NCBI GenBank assembly: GCA_017431625.1
Contig: JAFRKQ010000021.1
Coordinates: forward strand, 77,324 to 141,323
Source: a bacterium
GTDB taxonomy: Bacteria; Patescibacteriota; Microgenomatia; UBA1400; PJMF01
DNA length: 64,000 nucleotides
Reading direction: 5' to 3'
The notes below the pieces were generated by a model. That model had not been told where the DNA came from and searched no databases. It was given only the letters and a program-made list of their open reading frames with translations. Below are positions 39,239 to 48,677 of the stretch, in pieces (positions within the stretch are counted from its first letter, which is position 1; every line of letters starts with the position of its first letter). The position numbers were made by a program, and so were the translations under genes.

Positions 39239-40129
39239 ATGAAAACAAGATTAATACAAACAGACTTTTGGAATGATGAGACCATCCAAGAATTGTCATT
39301 GGAAGCACAGCACTTGTATATTTTTCTTTTGACGTGTCCGCAAATAAATTTGTGTGGGATTTTCAAGCTATCTGCTCGACAAATTTCACTGATGTGCAAC
39401 CTAAACCGCGACCAGCTAGAAAAGGCAGTCAGTGAGCTGACAGCTATTAATAAAGTCCACTTCTTTGATGGCTTTGTATTTGTCGTCAATGCTTTAAGCA
39501 AGAACGGTTATCTGATTTCCAGCAAAACCACAAAGGCTTGCCTCAAGCAATTAGCCGAAATTCCAACTGAGGTGAAACAGCATTTTTCGCAAGTCTCAGG
39601 TAAAAATTTAGATAATCCACTGTCCGAACAGAAAGATAGTGTATCGCCAAAAGTAAAAAAAGAAGATACTGTATCGGTGGACTATCCATGTGCCATGGAT
39701 AGTACTAACATTAACAATAACAATAACATTAAAGAAAAAGGGGGTGTGGGGGAAAAGGAAGAACTAATTTTAGTAAATTTGCACCCAACTCTCGAAAGTG
39801 TTGGCGAAGTGGAAATCAACGAGATCGTCAAATTGTATCATGTGCGGCCGGATTTTGTCCGCTCCAAACTTGATGACCTTAAGCATTATTGCCGATCTAC
39901 CGGTAAACAATACGTTGAATACATGGAAGCATTGATGCGTTTTGTCAAAAATGATAAACATTTTGAGCAAAACGTCATTAAAGCTGATATACCGTCAGCG
40001 TATGTCAATTTGCCACCTAAAACTCCGGCAAGTCTTGAGCAGCAACAGGTCGCCAGGCAGGCTTTGCCGCCAGCACTGCGAGCGCGCATCGAGCGCAAAT
40101 ATCCATTGAGAGGGGAAAATGCAAACTAG
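39239..40129 (+). CDS. Putative phage replication initiator/organiser (winged-helix N-terminal domain)
   Basis: RBS GGTGG before ATG 39239. N-terminus …ELSLEAQHLYIFLLTCPQINLCGIFKLSARQIS… wHTH-like. Poly-Asn linker. Confidence 0.35.
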   Translation: MKTRLIQTDFWNDETIQELSLEAQHLYIFLLTCPQINLCGIFKLSARQISLMCNLNRDQLEKAVSELTAINKVHFFDGFVFVVNALSKNGYLISSKTTKACLKQLAEIPTEVKQHFSQVSGKNLDNPLSEQKDSVSPKVKKEDTVSVDYPCAMDSTNINNNNNIKEKGGVGEKEELILVNLHPTLESVGEVEINEIVKLYHVRPDFVRSKLDDLKHYCRSTGKQYVEYMEALMRFVKNDKHFEQNVIKADIPSAYVNLPPKTPASLEQQQVARQALPPALRARIERKYPLRGENAN

Positions 40130-40355
40130 ACTCATTGATACTCACGAGATGCTGCAACGCAAAAATATCGTCATGACAAAATTGCTAGAGTATATTTATG
40201 CGCGTCTGCAACAAGCCATTCGCGAATGTAAACAAGCACCTTTGGATAAAGATGGCCTGAAAGATACTCGCAAAGTCAATATAGCTGGCTTTTGTGTTCA
40301 ACTACTAAGCGATATTTCCCGAGAAAAAGAAAAAATTATCAAGAAAGGAAAATAA
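40119..40355 (+). CDS. Hypothetical phage protein (78 aa)
   Basis: Compact co-oriented ORF. 4-bp overlap with upstream gene. Confidence 0.4.
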   Translation: MQTRLIDTHEMLQRKNIVMTKLLEYIYARLQQAIRECKQAPLDKDGLKDTRKVNIAGFCVQLLSDISREKEKIIKKGK

Positions 40356-40753
40356 TGTCCAGATCTCGTTTCTATCCAACTAAAGTTACCAAAAAGGTTT
40401 TTGAGGCGATCAAATTAGATTTAACTTGTTACCACCCCTATAGCTACATCAAAAACAGATATAACATCGCCCGCGAGACATTGAGAATAATCAAGAGCTG
40501 TAATTCATATGAAATGTACAAAAAACATTACGCAGATAAACGTCATCGCCGTTTAGCTTTGAAAGTTTGCCTAACCAACGAAAATATTGCTGCCCTTGCG
40601 AGCGAGCAGCAAGTAATTCGTGACCGAATAGATATACAAGCCCTAATTGCTCGCCAAATGAGCGGCACGATCAACAAATTACGCTTGGCAGTTTTGTTGA
40701 CTGAGATTAGTGTAGCGATGATTCTTGTCGGATTGTTAATGAGAATGTATTGA
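40355..40753 (+). CDS. Hypothetical phage protein with C-terminal TM anchor
   Basis: RBS aaagg before ATG 40355. C-terminal hydrophobic helix. Confidence 0.4.
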   Translation: MSRSRFYPTKVTKKVFEAIKLDLTCYHPYSYIKNRYNIARETLRIIKSCNSYEMYKKHYADKRHRRLALKVCLTNENIAALASEQQVIRDRIDIQALIARQMSGTINKLRLAVLLTEISVAMILVGLLMRMY

Positions 40754-40773
40754 GTCAAAAAAGAAAGGTTAAA

Positions 40774-41010
40774 ATGTCCAGAAAAAATAATACTTCACTT
40801 GTACTCAAAGATGTACCTGTCATTGACGTGATTATCGTCAAAGGGCGAGTATTTCATTGGGTACAAAACAAATCTGACTGGAAGGTGCAAAAGCCCAAAG
40901 ACCATCAATTTATTGATAGTCTACTTAAAATGTTTGAGTCCGGTATCGATAAGTTGTCAGATTATTGTCGCCTGGCCCGCTCAAGCCGGTTGAAAGGCTT
41001 TTATGTTTAA
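40774..41010 (+). CDS. Hypothetical phage protein
   Basis: RBS aaagg + ATG 40774. Confidence 0.4.
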   Translation: MSRKNNTSLVLKDVPVIDVIIVKGRVFHWVQNKSDWKVQKPKDHQFIDSLLKMFESGIDKLSDYCRLARSSRLKGFYV

Positions 41011-41536
41011 GCGGTGGCGAGCGGCAAAACTATCAATCTGTCGGTTTCTTTTGTGCCAAATTGAACCTGATATTGATAAAATCATTGGTGAGTCAATTGG
41101 ACAGGCTATTGATGAAAAGATGAGCGAGTGGGAAATAGCTTTGCTATCGCTTCAAGCAGAGGTGGCTGAAGATTTTGACGGTGGACTCTTACACGGCGTG
41201 CCTAGCGTGGCAGCATTGCGTGAAAAAATCCGCAAAGAAACAAGGGCCTGGAAACTTGCCCAGCTGCGCGAAAACAAACTGTCAAGAATCATGAATGTGG
41301 ATCATCAAGGACAATTAGTCTCTCGCGCCCGAGGTTTGGTTAAAATTGACTCCACACGTGAGCGGGAGCGCGTGATTTTTGACAACGCTTTGCTTGAGGT
41401 CAAAAAGGCCAAAAACGCTTTTAACCAAGCGCTAGTGATTCTTTATGATTTGCAGCGCTCCTTTGACCTTGAGTACCGCGTGCACAACGTGTTGGATTTT
41501 GAAGAAGCAATCGAAAAGGAAAGTAGAAATGAATAA
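41003..41536 (+). CDS. Hypothetical phage protein (177 aa)
   Basis: Overlapping operon arrangement. Confidence 0.4.
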   Translation: MFKRWRAAKLSICRFLLCQIEPDIDKIIGESIGQAIDEKMSEWEIALLSLQAEVAEDFDGGLLHGVPSVAALREKIRKETRAWKLAQLRENKLSRIMNVDHQGQLVSRARGLVKIDSTRERERVIFDNALLEVKKAKNAFNQALVILYDLQRSFDLEYRVHNVLDFEEAIEKESRNE

Positions 41537-42079
41537 ATGTCAAGATATGATTTTTCCAGCGTACAAGGAGAGATTAGAGGTGGCGGCTATCAAGCTGGTC
41601 CGACGATTTTGCAAGTGGGCAAGTGGTCATTTGAAGAATCAAAATCGGGCAAGCCATATTTACTGATGGAGTGGAACAAAGAAGGGGTTATCCGAGACGA
41701 CGGGCGGCCGTTTACCTCATCCCGATTGTATTTTTCCTCCCCTAAGGCGATTCAAATCGCCCGCGGGAAGCTCCACGATCTTTGCGACATCCTCAATGTA
41801 GACTATGATGCTGATCTAATGACCGATGATGATTACATCATCAACTTTGGCGAAAAACTGCACGGTCGAAGTTTGAATGCCGAACTGGTGGAAACTGGCG
41901 GCAAAAGTGAGAAAGGGCTTCCGTTTTTAGGTGTCCGTTTGCGTGGACAAGATGGCCAAAAGGTAGATTTGTTTATAAAGGAAAAAGGTGATGCCAATTA
42001 TAGTTCGCCTCGACACAAACATCCAAGTCCCCGTATGGAAGACATGGACACGCAAGATAGCAGCGACATCCCATTTTAA
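41537..42079 (+). CDS. ssb: Single-stranded DNA-binding protein-like (divergent OB fold, acidic tail ending DIPF)
   Basis: C-terminus …MDTQDSSDIPF matches the SSB protein-interaction tip motif (D-I-P-F). Confidence 0.5.
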   Translation: MSRYDFSSVQGEIRGGGYQAGPTILQVGKWSFEESKSGKPYLLMEWNKEGVIRDDGRPFTSSRLYFSSPKAIQIARGKLHDLCDILNVDYDADLMTDDDYIINFGEKLHGRSLNAELVETGGKSEKGLPFLGVRLRGQDGQKVDLFIKEKGDANYSSPRHKHPSPRMEDMDTQDSSDIPF

Positions 42080-42102
42080 GGGCAAAAGCGAAGAAAGATG
42101 AA

Positions 42103-42423
42103 ATGCAAGTACAGCTAAATCTTGACACGGTCAGTTTGCAGGAGTTGTTAGCAGCGACAGCAGAAGGTTATCGCTCACGTATGAACACCTTATCTGCTTG
42201 TGTCGGGCGGATAAATGAGCTTTTGGCTCAAATTGAGAAAAAGTCTAACCTGGAAAATGATTTAAACGCCGCAAAAACGGCTCAAAAACAGATGGATGAG
42301 ACCCACAGCCAACTTGAAAAAGAAAACAGTAGGCTTTTTGAAGAAAATGCGGCACTTAAAACTGAAATTCAAAAACTCGAAGAACAATTGAATAAATCGA
42401 CGACAAGAGAGGAAATTTTATGA
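42103..42423 (+). CDS. Coiled-coil phage protein
   Basis: Heptad-rich sequence throughout. Confidence 0.4.
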   Translation: MQVQLNLDTVSLQELLAATAEGYRSRMNTLSACVGRINELLAQIEKKSNLENDLNAAKTAQKQMDETHSQLEKENSRLFEENAALKTEIQKLEEQLNKSTTREEIL

Positions 42424-42695
42424 TTACCGAACAGAAAAAACAGTTGTCAAGGGTAAACGACCACAAACCCACTATTCGCCAGTTGATGGCCAAACCACCG
42501 CTGTCAAAAGGAACAAAAATCCATGCTGAAGATATCTGCGTCACCTTCAAATACAAGCGCTATCGCCAGTTGCTTTACCTTAAGCGTGACAAGGCAGCTG
42601 AAGATCAAGAGCTGAGGATGCTTAATGAACTGAGAGTCTTTCGGCGCAACATTGAGTTGCCGTCATTTATAAGTGAGTACGGACTGGATAAATAA
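42420..42695 (+). CDS. Hypothetical phage protein (91 aa)
   Basis: Overlaps upstream stop. Confidence 0.35.
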   Translation: MITEQKKQLSRVNDHKPTIRQLMAKPPLSKGTKIHAEDICVTFKYKRYRQLLYLKRDKAAEDQELRMLNELRVFRRNIELPSFISEYGLDK

Positions 42696-42821
42696 CGATG
42701 AAAGCTGTGTAGACAAATTGTCTAATGACTGGTGAAAATTCACCAAAATTCACCACCCCCTACTTGAGGTAATTTGAAAAGTTTCGGGTCGGCAAAAAAG
42801 ACAAAATGTGAACAACTAAAT

Positions 42822-43226
42822 ATGCCAAAAACAGCCAAACTAACCACCATCCCCAAACCACAAAAGCAAGCGATTGCTATTGCCATGAGAAGTGAAGGGG
42901 TGAGTTTACGCCAAATTGGCAAGACTCTAGGCGTTGACCACGTCACGGTGAAAAACTGGACCAGCAAAGAAGCAGTGGGTAATCGTCTGGCAATTGTGGC
43001 AGCATCTTATCAAGAGGAATTGGCCGAGCGTAACAAAGGACTTTTGGATTTGGCGCTCACGAGACTTGAGGAACTGATACCAAAATCTGAATCAATCAGT
43101 GAAGTGCTTAAAGCGGCTGAGTTTGCTCGGGGCAAACCAGAGCAACAAGCTGGTAATAATGTACAAGTGAATGTGACCGGGTTTGCACCAGCGGCCAAAA
43201 TAAAGGATCAATATGGGGAGTTTTAA
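42822..43226 (+). CDS. Terminase small subunit-like HTH protein
   Basis: HTH (GVSLRQIGKTLGVDHVTVKNW) and position directly upstream of, and overlapping, the large terminase. Start uncertain (track 42774 is TTG). Confidence 0.45.
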   Translation: MPKTAKLTTIPKPQKQAIAIAMRSEGVSLRQIGKTLGVDHVTVKNWTSKEAVGNRLAIVAASYQEELAERNKGLLDLALTRLEELIPKSESISEVLKAAEFARGKPEQQAGNNVQVNVTGFAPAAKIKDQYGEF

Positions 43227-44001
43227 CTACCAGAAGTTCTGTGCCGATCACCTGACTGTCATCAACAAACAGGCAGAGCGTGTTCCGTTTGTCTTGAATG
43301 GCGTCCAGGAGAGATTCCTTCGTGAGCGAGGACGCCTCAACCTGATTCTAAAAGCACGTCAACAAGGATTTTCGACGCTCTTGGTCGCTATGGCTGTAAT
43401 CCGTTTCCTTTTTCAAGAAAACTTCTACGCCATGATTATTGCTAACGATGCCGACAATGCCATTGGTCTGCTTGACCGAGCCAAGTTTTTTCTCAAGTCA
43501 GCGGAAGAATCGTACGGAGCAAAGGTACCCCTTAAATACAATTCACGTTATGAACTGCACAATAGCGAAAATAACGCTACAATCTTGATTGGCACGGCGC
43601 AAAATGTAGACGTAGGCCGATCAAAAACAATTCACTTCCTCCACGCTAGCGAGGCAGCGTTTTTCCGTGACCTTGATCGGATCTTATCATCAGCCTTGCA
43701 AGCCGTTCCAGAAACTGGTGAAGTTTACCTGGAGTCTACGGCTAATGGTTTTAATGAATACAAAAAGCTCTGGGACGCAGCAGTATTGAAGGAAAATAAT
43801 TTTACACCGTTGTTTTTCCCGGCGTCAGCCTTTTATGAGTCTGAATATTTGGAAATTAAGAAAAAAGAGCTAGGACGGTATTTTCCTCAAGAATATCCAG
43901 AGACGTCAGAGGAAGCATTTTTAACCAGTGGCGACACGTATTTTGACAAGGAAGCACTTGAGTATTATTTGAAAAATGTAAAGGAGGTTCAACATGATTA
44001 G
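43213..44001 (+). CDS. Terminase large subunit, ATPase domain only
   Basis: …KARQQGFSTLLVAMAV… (Walker A-like), …IHFLHASEAAF… (Walker B), …QEYPETSEEAFLTSGDTYF. Ends where the nuclease domain normally begins. Confidence 0.7.
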   Translation: MGSFNYQKFCADHLTVINKQAERVPFVLNGVQERFLRERGRLNLILKARQQGFSTLLVAMAVIRFLFQENFYAMIIANDADNAIGLLDRAKFFLKSAEESYGAKVPLKYNSRYELHNSENNATILIGTAQNVDVGRSKTIHFLHASEAAFFRDLDRILSSALQAVPETGEVYLESTANGFNEYKKLWDAAVLKENNFTPLFFPASAFYESEYLEIKKKELGRYFPQEYPETSEEAFLTSGDTYFDKEALEYYLKNVKEVQHD

Positions 44002-44097
44002 CAATAACATACATTTACACCTAGGAAATACCTGGGAAGTTCCTAGGTACTGCTTGTAGCTAAGTTCATATAAAAATTTGTAAACATGAAAGGAGAT

Positions 44098-44325
44098 ATG
44101 TCACAAACGCTTAGAGAACTGATAAACAAAACTAATCTCAACCGCATTAACCTGCATGTAGTGGCGTACGATGGTGCTGAAGGGTTTATTACTGACTACC
44201 CGTCAGCGGAGGCTTTGGAGGCGGAACGCCTTGACCACTTCGTGGAGGTGACGGCTGACCACAGTATGAAAGACAGCAAACCTGTCGTTAAAGTGAAATT
44301 ATTAAAAAATAGGAAGGAAAAATGA
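44098..44325 (+). CDS. Hypothetical protein inside the terminase-interrupting segment
   Basis: RBS aaaggag + ATG 44098. Confidence 0.4.
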   Translation: MSQTLRELINKTNLNRINLHVVAYDGAEGFITDYPSAEALEAERLDHFVEVTADHSMKDSKPVVKVKLLKNRKEK

Positions 44326-44419
44326 ACAAATTTGAAAATTTTACAGAAAGCGAAATTAGAAGCTATGATCTTGACGGGAATCTTATCAAGAGATTTTATG
44401 AAAAATAAGAAAGGGGAAA

Positions 44420-44818
44420 ATGAAATACTTTATATCAATGCCGATGAATGGAGTGCCAGACGACATAATAAATACTGTCATGCGAGAAGTTCGAGATTAC
44501 ATAAGTCAAAGAACTGGCGGAGAGTGGATCAATAACATCATTTCTAGCGATTTACAACACCCGCTAGAATATCTTGGCGAATCTATTAGGCGTATGGCGC
44601 AAGCAGACGCTGTATTCTTCGTATCAATTGATTCAAGAGAGTTACAGTATAGATGGATAGACAGAAGAGGTTGTAATGTTGAATTTGTTGCCGCTAAAGA
44701 GTATGGGATAGATTGCTTTTATTTACGTGCAATTGAAAAACCAAATAACTCATATGAAATAGTACAAGAAACAGGTAATGTAAGAGCTCACCATGAAAGA
44801 ATTAGTTGGGATATGTGA
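44420..44818 (+). CDS. DUF4406 / nucleoside 2-deoxyribosyltransferase-like protein (tentative)
   Basis: RBS aagggg + ATG. MKYFISMPMNG… and …QADAVFFVS…NVEFVAAKEYGIDCFYL pattern. Confidence 0.35.
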   Translation: MKYFISMPMNGVPDDIINTVMREVRDYISQRTGGEWINNIISSDLQHPLEYLGESIRRMAQADAVFFVSIDSRELQYRWIDRRGCNVEFVAAKEYGIDCFYLRAIEKPNNSYEIVQETGNVRAHHERISWDM

Positions 44819-44832
44819 AAGGTTAGATTTGT

Positions 44833-45480
44833 ATGAGCAACCAATTCCGACAATACCGAGATTTTCAAAAGGGAGAGTTTATTCTGGCGTTTGCTGACAC
44901 TGCGGTCGGTGGTCACGATTACTGTGCTTGTCAATTCCTCTCGCAAGATCAATTAGACGTCCCACTGGTTTTTCACTCACAAGTTTCAGCGACCTTAATG
45001 ACGCCTGCTTTACATCTAAAACTTGAAGAAATCTATGACATTACTGGCGTGCAGCCCTGTATTGCCTATGAACGTAATAACGGTGGGCAATTTGAGCTGG
45101 AGCGACTAAGCGTCCTAAATAAAAACCAGAAATATTATATTTATGAACAGCGTGACAAAGATGGTCAACCGAATGGCAAGCTTGGGTGGGATACCAATGC
45201 AGCCACGCGACCAAAAATGCTCCAAGAGCTGCAAGAGTGTATCAACGCCAAACTCATTACACTTTATGACGAGCCGACAGTCAATGAGTTATTTTCGTTT
45301 ATAATCTCAAAGTCTGGTAAACCAGAAGCAGAAAAGTCAGCTCATGACGATCTAGTCATGTCACTGGCTGGCGTGTGGCAGTTGTACCAAAGTGAAAGCA
45401 AGCCTCAAAAGATAGATTACACTCAGTTTTCGCGAAGTTTGCCAGACCAACAGCTGTTTTCAAGAAATGGGTTGTTTTAA
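44833..45480 (+). CDS. Terminase large subunit, RNaseH-like nuclease domain only
   Basis: …FILAFADTAVGGHDYCA…AHDDLVMSLAGVW… typical terminase nuclease motifs. Own RBS gaaagg + ATG. Confidence 0.65.
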   Translation: MSNQFRQYRDFQKGEFILAFADTAVGGHDYCACQFLSQDQLDVPLVFHSQVSATLMTPALHLKLEEIYDITGVQPCIAYERNNGGQFELERLSVLNKNQKYYIYEQRDKDGQPNGKLGWDTNAATRPKMLQELQECINAKLITLYDEPTVNELFSFIISKSGKPEAEKSAHDDLVMSLAGVWQLYQSESKPQKIDYTQFSRSLPDQQLFSRNGLF

Positions 45481-45786
45481 TTCGTTTTTATTTTTAGATC
45501 TAATCAAGCAGATTATGTTTATAAGATGCATGATGCCGATGATAACACAAAAACCGATATTGCCATTATAAAGACTAGCTGCCAATCCTAAAATAAAAAA
45601 CAAAATAAACAGCGGCACGAATCCAGTTATAAAAAAAGAGCCAATTCCAATGACACTCATAATAAAACCCCAAAAGTGATAGTTGTATACCAGTTCTATG
45701 AAAGTGAAAACCATAGTAATATTTGTTAAGTATATTGACGTACGATAATATTTGTTTACATTATTTTTTGACATTTGTTCTTTCAT
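45460..45786 (-). CDS. Small 3-TM membrane protein encoded antisense to the structural module (moron candidate)
   Basis: Only minus-strand ORF between terminase and structural genes. Three hydrophobic helices. Confidence 0.45.
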   Translation of the reverse strand: MKEQMSKNNVNKYYRTSIYLTNITMVFTFIELVYNYHFWGFIMSVIGIGSFFITGFVPLFILFFILGLAASLYNGNIGFCVIIGIMHLINIICLIRSKNKNELKQPIS

Positions 45787-45957
45787 TGTCTAAAATGTTT
45801 GGATTGTTATATAAACTCTGGACATGCTGTCTGGCGTAGTTTTCCGAACATCATTGGCTCGTTACAACCACGTGTATTATACCACAATCAAATACTGTAT
45901 CGTTATTGTATTGTGACTCTATCTATACTCTATCCATATACTATTTTTAACTCTGGC

Positions 45958-45985
45958 TTGACAACAGACACAAAATAACTATAAC
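45958..45985 (+). promoter_or_regulatory. Phage promoter-like element copy 1 (TTGACA-16-TATAAC)
   Basis: cTTGACAacagacacaaaATAACTATAAc. Two more copies at 48643 and 57961. Confidence 0.55.
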
Positions 45986-45992
45986 TACACTC

Positions 45993-46640
45993 ATGCTGAT
46001 GACCGTTGATGATATCCAAAAACAAATCCACGTAATGTATGAAGGTGACGTGGATGCACCTGCCAATACTAGCGATGAAGATTATCAGATCCGCTTGCGC
46101 CTGATTAACCAAGCCATTGCCGAGTGGGAAGCAGTCCCCAATGTCTTATGGCGAGAATTGGTTAAAGTGATTGTCACAACCTGCCAGACTGATGAGGAGA
46201 ATATGAGTTTAGATTTGCCGGCGGATTTTGCCAAGATGTACTCAGGTTACATCACCATTGCGGATCAAAAAATCCAGGAAGTGCCTATAGAGTATGTGAC
46301 GGCAAAAATCGGTGAAGATTCAATCGAGCCTTTCTTTTATGTCACTGGCAATTCTGCCCAAGGTTATAAGGCGAATTTTATCAACCTGGATGCGTGCGAG
46401 GGTGCAATTATCAGCTATAGCTATATCAAGCAGGCAGAAGCCATGAACACCCCAACTGATGTCCCAGAGCTTTCAGATCCCACCTATATCATTCACCGGG
46501 TAGTAGCTGAACTTTTTGCGCAAGATTCAGATCCTAAATCTACCCGTGAGCTGTCGATCTCTCAGTCGCTTTTAGAGCAGATGATTGTCCGCAATAGCCT
46601 CACCTCTATCGATGGCGAGAACACTTATGAAAGGAGTTAG
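45993..46640 (+). CDS. Hypothetical phage structural protein (215 aa)
   Basis: First gene after promoter copy 1. Confidence 0.45.
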   Translation: MLMTVDDIQKQIHVMYEGDVDAPANTSDEDYQIRLRLINQAIAEWEAVPNVLWRELVKVIVTTCQTDEENMSLDLPADFAKMYSGYITIADQKIQEVPIEYVTAKIGEDSIEPFFYVTGNSAQGYKANFINLDACEGAIISYSYIKQAEAMNTPTDVPELSDPTYIIHRVVAELFAQDSDPKSTRELSISQSLLEQMIVRNSLTSIDGENTYERS

Positions 46641-46642
46641 TC

Positions 46643-48646
46643 ATGCCTTTCTCTGTCAGCGCAATGGATTCGGAACAACCCAAAGTCAATTTACAAATTG
46701 ACAAATTTGAAGGTGTCAACAATCTGGTGCGCGACGCTCGAACTAAGCCGTCAGAGGCCGTGACTGCACTTAATCTTTACCAAGTGGAGGATGGTGTCTG
46801 GACACCCAGACCCGGAACAATTCAATTTGGTCAAGCCTTGCCTGGTAGTGACAATTCAGTAATTAACGGCGCGGCCGAATATGTAACCACCGATACTCAC
46901 AACAATGAGGTGCGATCAATTATTGTCGTTATTGACGGGAAACCATACAAATCTACCGATGCGGGAGAAACTTGGGTGCGGATTAACGGTACAACTTTTG
47001 ATGCGACTGCCAAAATTCGCTTTTTGCAACTAGGCGGTCAGATGTATATTTTTAATGGAATCAATCCTTTGGCCATTTATGAAGGCTCGACACTGACAAC
47101 TTATGCTGGCATCTCGGCGCCCACAAATCTGTCTGCCAGTCTTGGCAGTGGTTTGTCAGCCGGCAGCTACAAACAATACTATCAAGTGACAGCGATTAAT
47201 GACGTGGGTGAAACTGCCGCTTGCAGTGAAATTTATATTGCTACCTCCAAAGAGCGAGATATGTGGTCAGCTGGCAACAACGAGAGTGTAGTTTTAAGCT
47301 GGACTGCCGTTTCTGGAGCTACTGGCTATCAAGTGTATTGGTCGGATATTTCAGGCCATGAAAATCTGCTTGCTCGGGTCACTACCAACTCATTCACTGA
47401 TGACAATACCAATACTGCCAATCCTTACGTCGACACGCCTGACGACAACACCACCGCCGCCCCAGTTTTCGCCAGCGCTTGGATTAGTGATAATGCCATT
47501 TACGCTACCAATGATCCTGAGCATCCTTATCGAGTTTATCGCACAGGAACAGGGGTTAATTTGGGCAAGTTTAGCGCATTTTATGATGGATTTTGGATCG
47601 ATTTGGAACGTGGAGGGCGTGAAAAACCCAAAGCGGGACGACATTATCAGTCGGGTAGCGGTGAGGGGCGCTCGACAATTTTTTGCTCAACCCCAGAAGG
47701 ACATGGTAGTGTCTGGCAAATTGTGGTGGACACGGCAACTGTGGGTGAAGATTCTTTCCCCGCACCAGCTGCTTATAAAATTACAGGCTCAGTAGGGACA
47801 GACTGTGTCGATGGTGTCATCAATGTAGAAAATGATGTATTCTTTCCCAACAAGCAAGGTATGTACGCACTTGGACCGGAAAAAAACTATTTTGGAATAT
47901 TACGAACAAATAACTTAGCCGCGATAATTATCGAGTACTGGAATAGTCTTAAAGGTGGGAAAATCAAGGATATTGCCGCTTATTATTGGAAAAACAAGGT
48001 GCTTATATCAGTCTCCACAGATGGTATCACCAATAACCGCACCATTATTTACGACCGCGAACGTTTGCGCTGGTATACAGATTGGTCGATTGGCTTTCGC
48101 TCGTTTTTTGAGTTTACCGATAGCGCCGGAACATCACACTTAATTGGCATCCACGAACATGGTAATACTCTGACTGAAATTTCCGAAAATGTCAAAGGTG
48201 ATTTGGGAAAACCATTTCGCTGTATTTATTTATCTGGGCGGCTGCCTCTTAATAAATCCTGGAATAAATTTGCGAAAATCAAAAAAGCCTACGTGATGCT
48301 TGGGCGGCTGCGAGGGACAGTGAAATTTTCAATTTTGGGCACGCTTAAGAAAAAGGGTTACGCGGCCCTGGCCTCAAGAGCGATTTCCATTTCGCTTTCC
48401 GGAGCAGGAATTGGCTGGGATGTGATTGGTCTGTCCTTAATGGGTGCAACCGATGGCAAACCCGCTTCATATTCAGAATCATCAGACATCCGCTACCTTA
48501 AGGTCAACAAAAAGATCCGCGATATCCAATTCAAGCTCGAATCTGAATCCATTGACAGTGAATTTACGCTTTTAGGTCTCAAGGCCGAAGGCTTCCAAAT
48601 TAACACCTCTGACCCAAGTGTTTGGAAGCTTAAAAAACAGGCTTGA
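46643..48646 (+). CDS. Phage structural protein with BNR/Asp-box (KSTDAGETW) and FN3-like regions (candidate tailspike/depolymerase)
   Basis: 667 aa. Asp-box SxDxGxTW, FN3-like segment …SAPTNLSA…YYQVTAINDVGETAA…. Confidence 0.45.
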   Translation: MPFSVSAMDSEQPKVNLQIDKFEGVNNLVRDARTKPSEAVTALNLYQVEDGVWTPRPGTIQFGQALPGSDNSVINGAAEYVTTDTHNNEVRSIIVVIDGKPYKSTDAGETWVRINGTTFDATAKIRFLQLGGQMYIFNGINPLAIYEGSTLTTYAGISAPTNLSASLGSGLSAGSYKQYYQVTAINDVGETAACSEIYIATSKERDMWSAGNNESVVLSWTAVSGATGYQVYWSDISGHENLLARVTTNSFTDDNTNTANPYVDTPDDNTTAAPVFASAWISDNAIYATNDPEHPYRVYRTGTGVNLGKFSAFYDGFWIDLERGGREKPKAGRHYQSGSGEGRSTIFCSTPEGHGSVWQIVVDTATVGEDSFPAPAAYKITGSVGTDCVDGVINVENDVFFPNKQGMYALGPEKNYFGILRTNNLAAIIIEYWNSLKGGKIKDIAAYYWKNKVLISVSTDGITNNRTIIYDRERLRWYTDWSIGFRSFFEFTDSAGTSHLIGIHEHGNTLTEISENVKGDLGKPFRCIYLSGRLPLNKSWNKFAKIKKAYVMLGRLRGTVKFSILGTLKKKGYAALASRAISISLSGAGIGWDVIGLSLMGATDGKPASYSESSDIRYLKVNKKIRDIQFKLESESIDSEFTLLGLKAEGFQINTSDPSVWKLKKQA

Positions 48647-48670
48647 CAAAATCACTCAAATAACTATAAG
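48643..48670 (+). promoter_or_regulatory. Phage promoter-like element copy 2 (TTGACA-16-TATAAG)
   Basis: gcTTGACAaaatcactcaaATAACTATAAg. Upstream gene's TGA stop lies inside the -35. Confidence 0.55.
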
Positions 48671-48677
48671 TTGGGAC

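Noticed and set aside
44332-44535. 67-aa ORF overlapping the DUF4406-like gene start
   Set aside because: Different frame, overlaps the strong RBS/ATG of 44420. Lys/Asn-rich junk translation.
45775-45978. 67-aa ORF in the terminase/structural intergenic region
   Set aside because: Overlaps the predicted promoter copy 1 and AT-rich leader. No RBS. Low-complexity translation.
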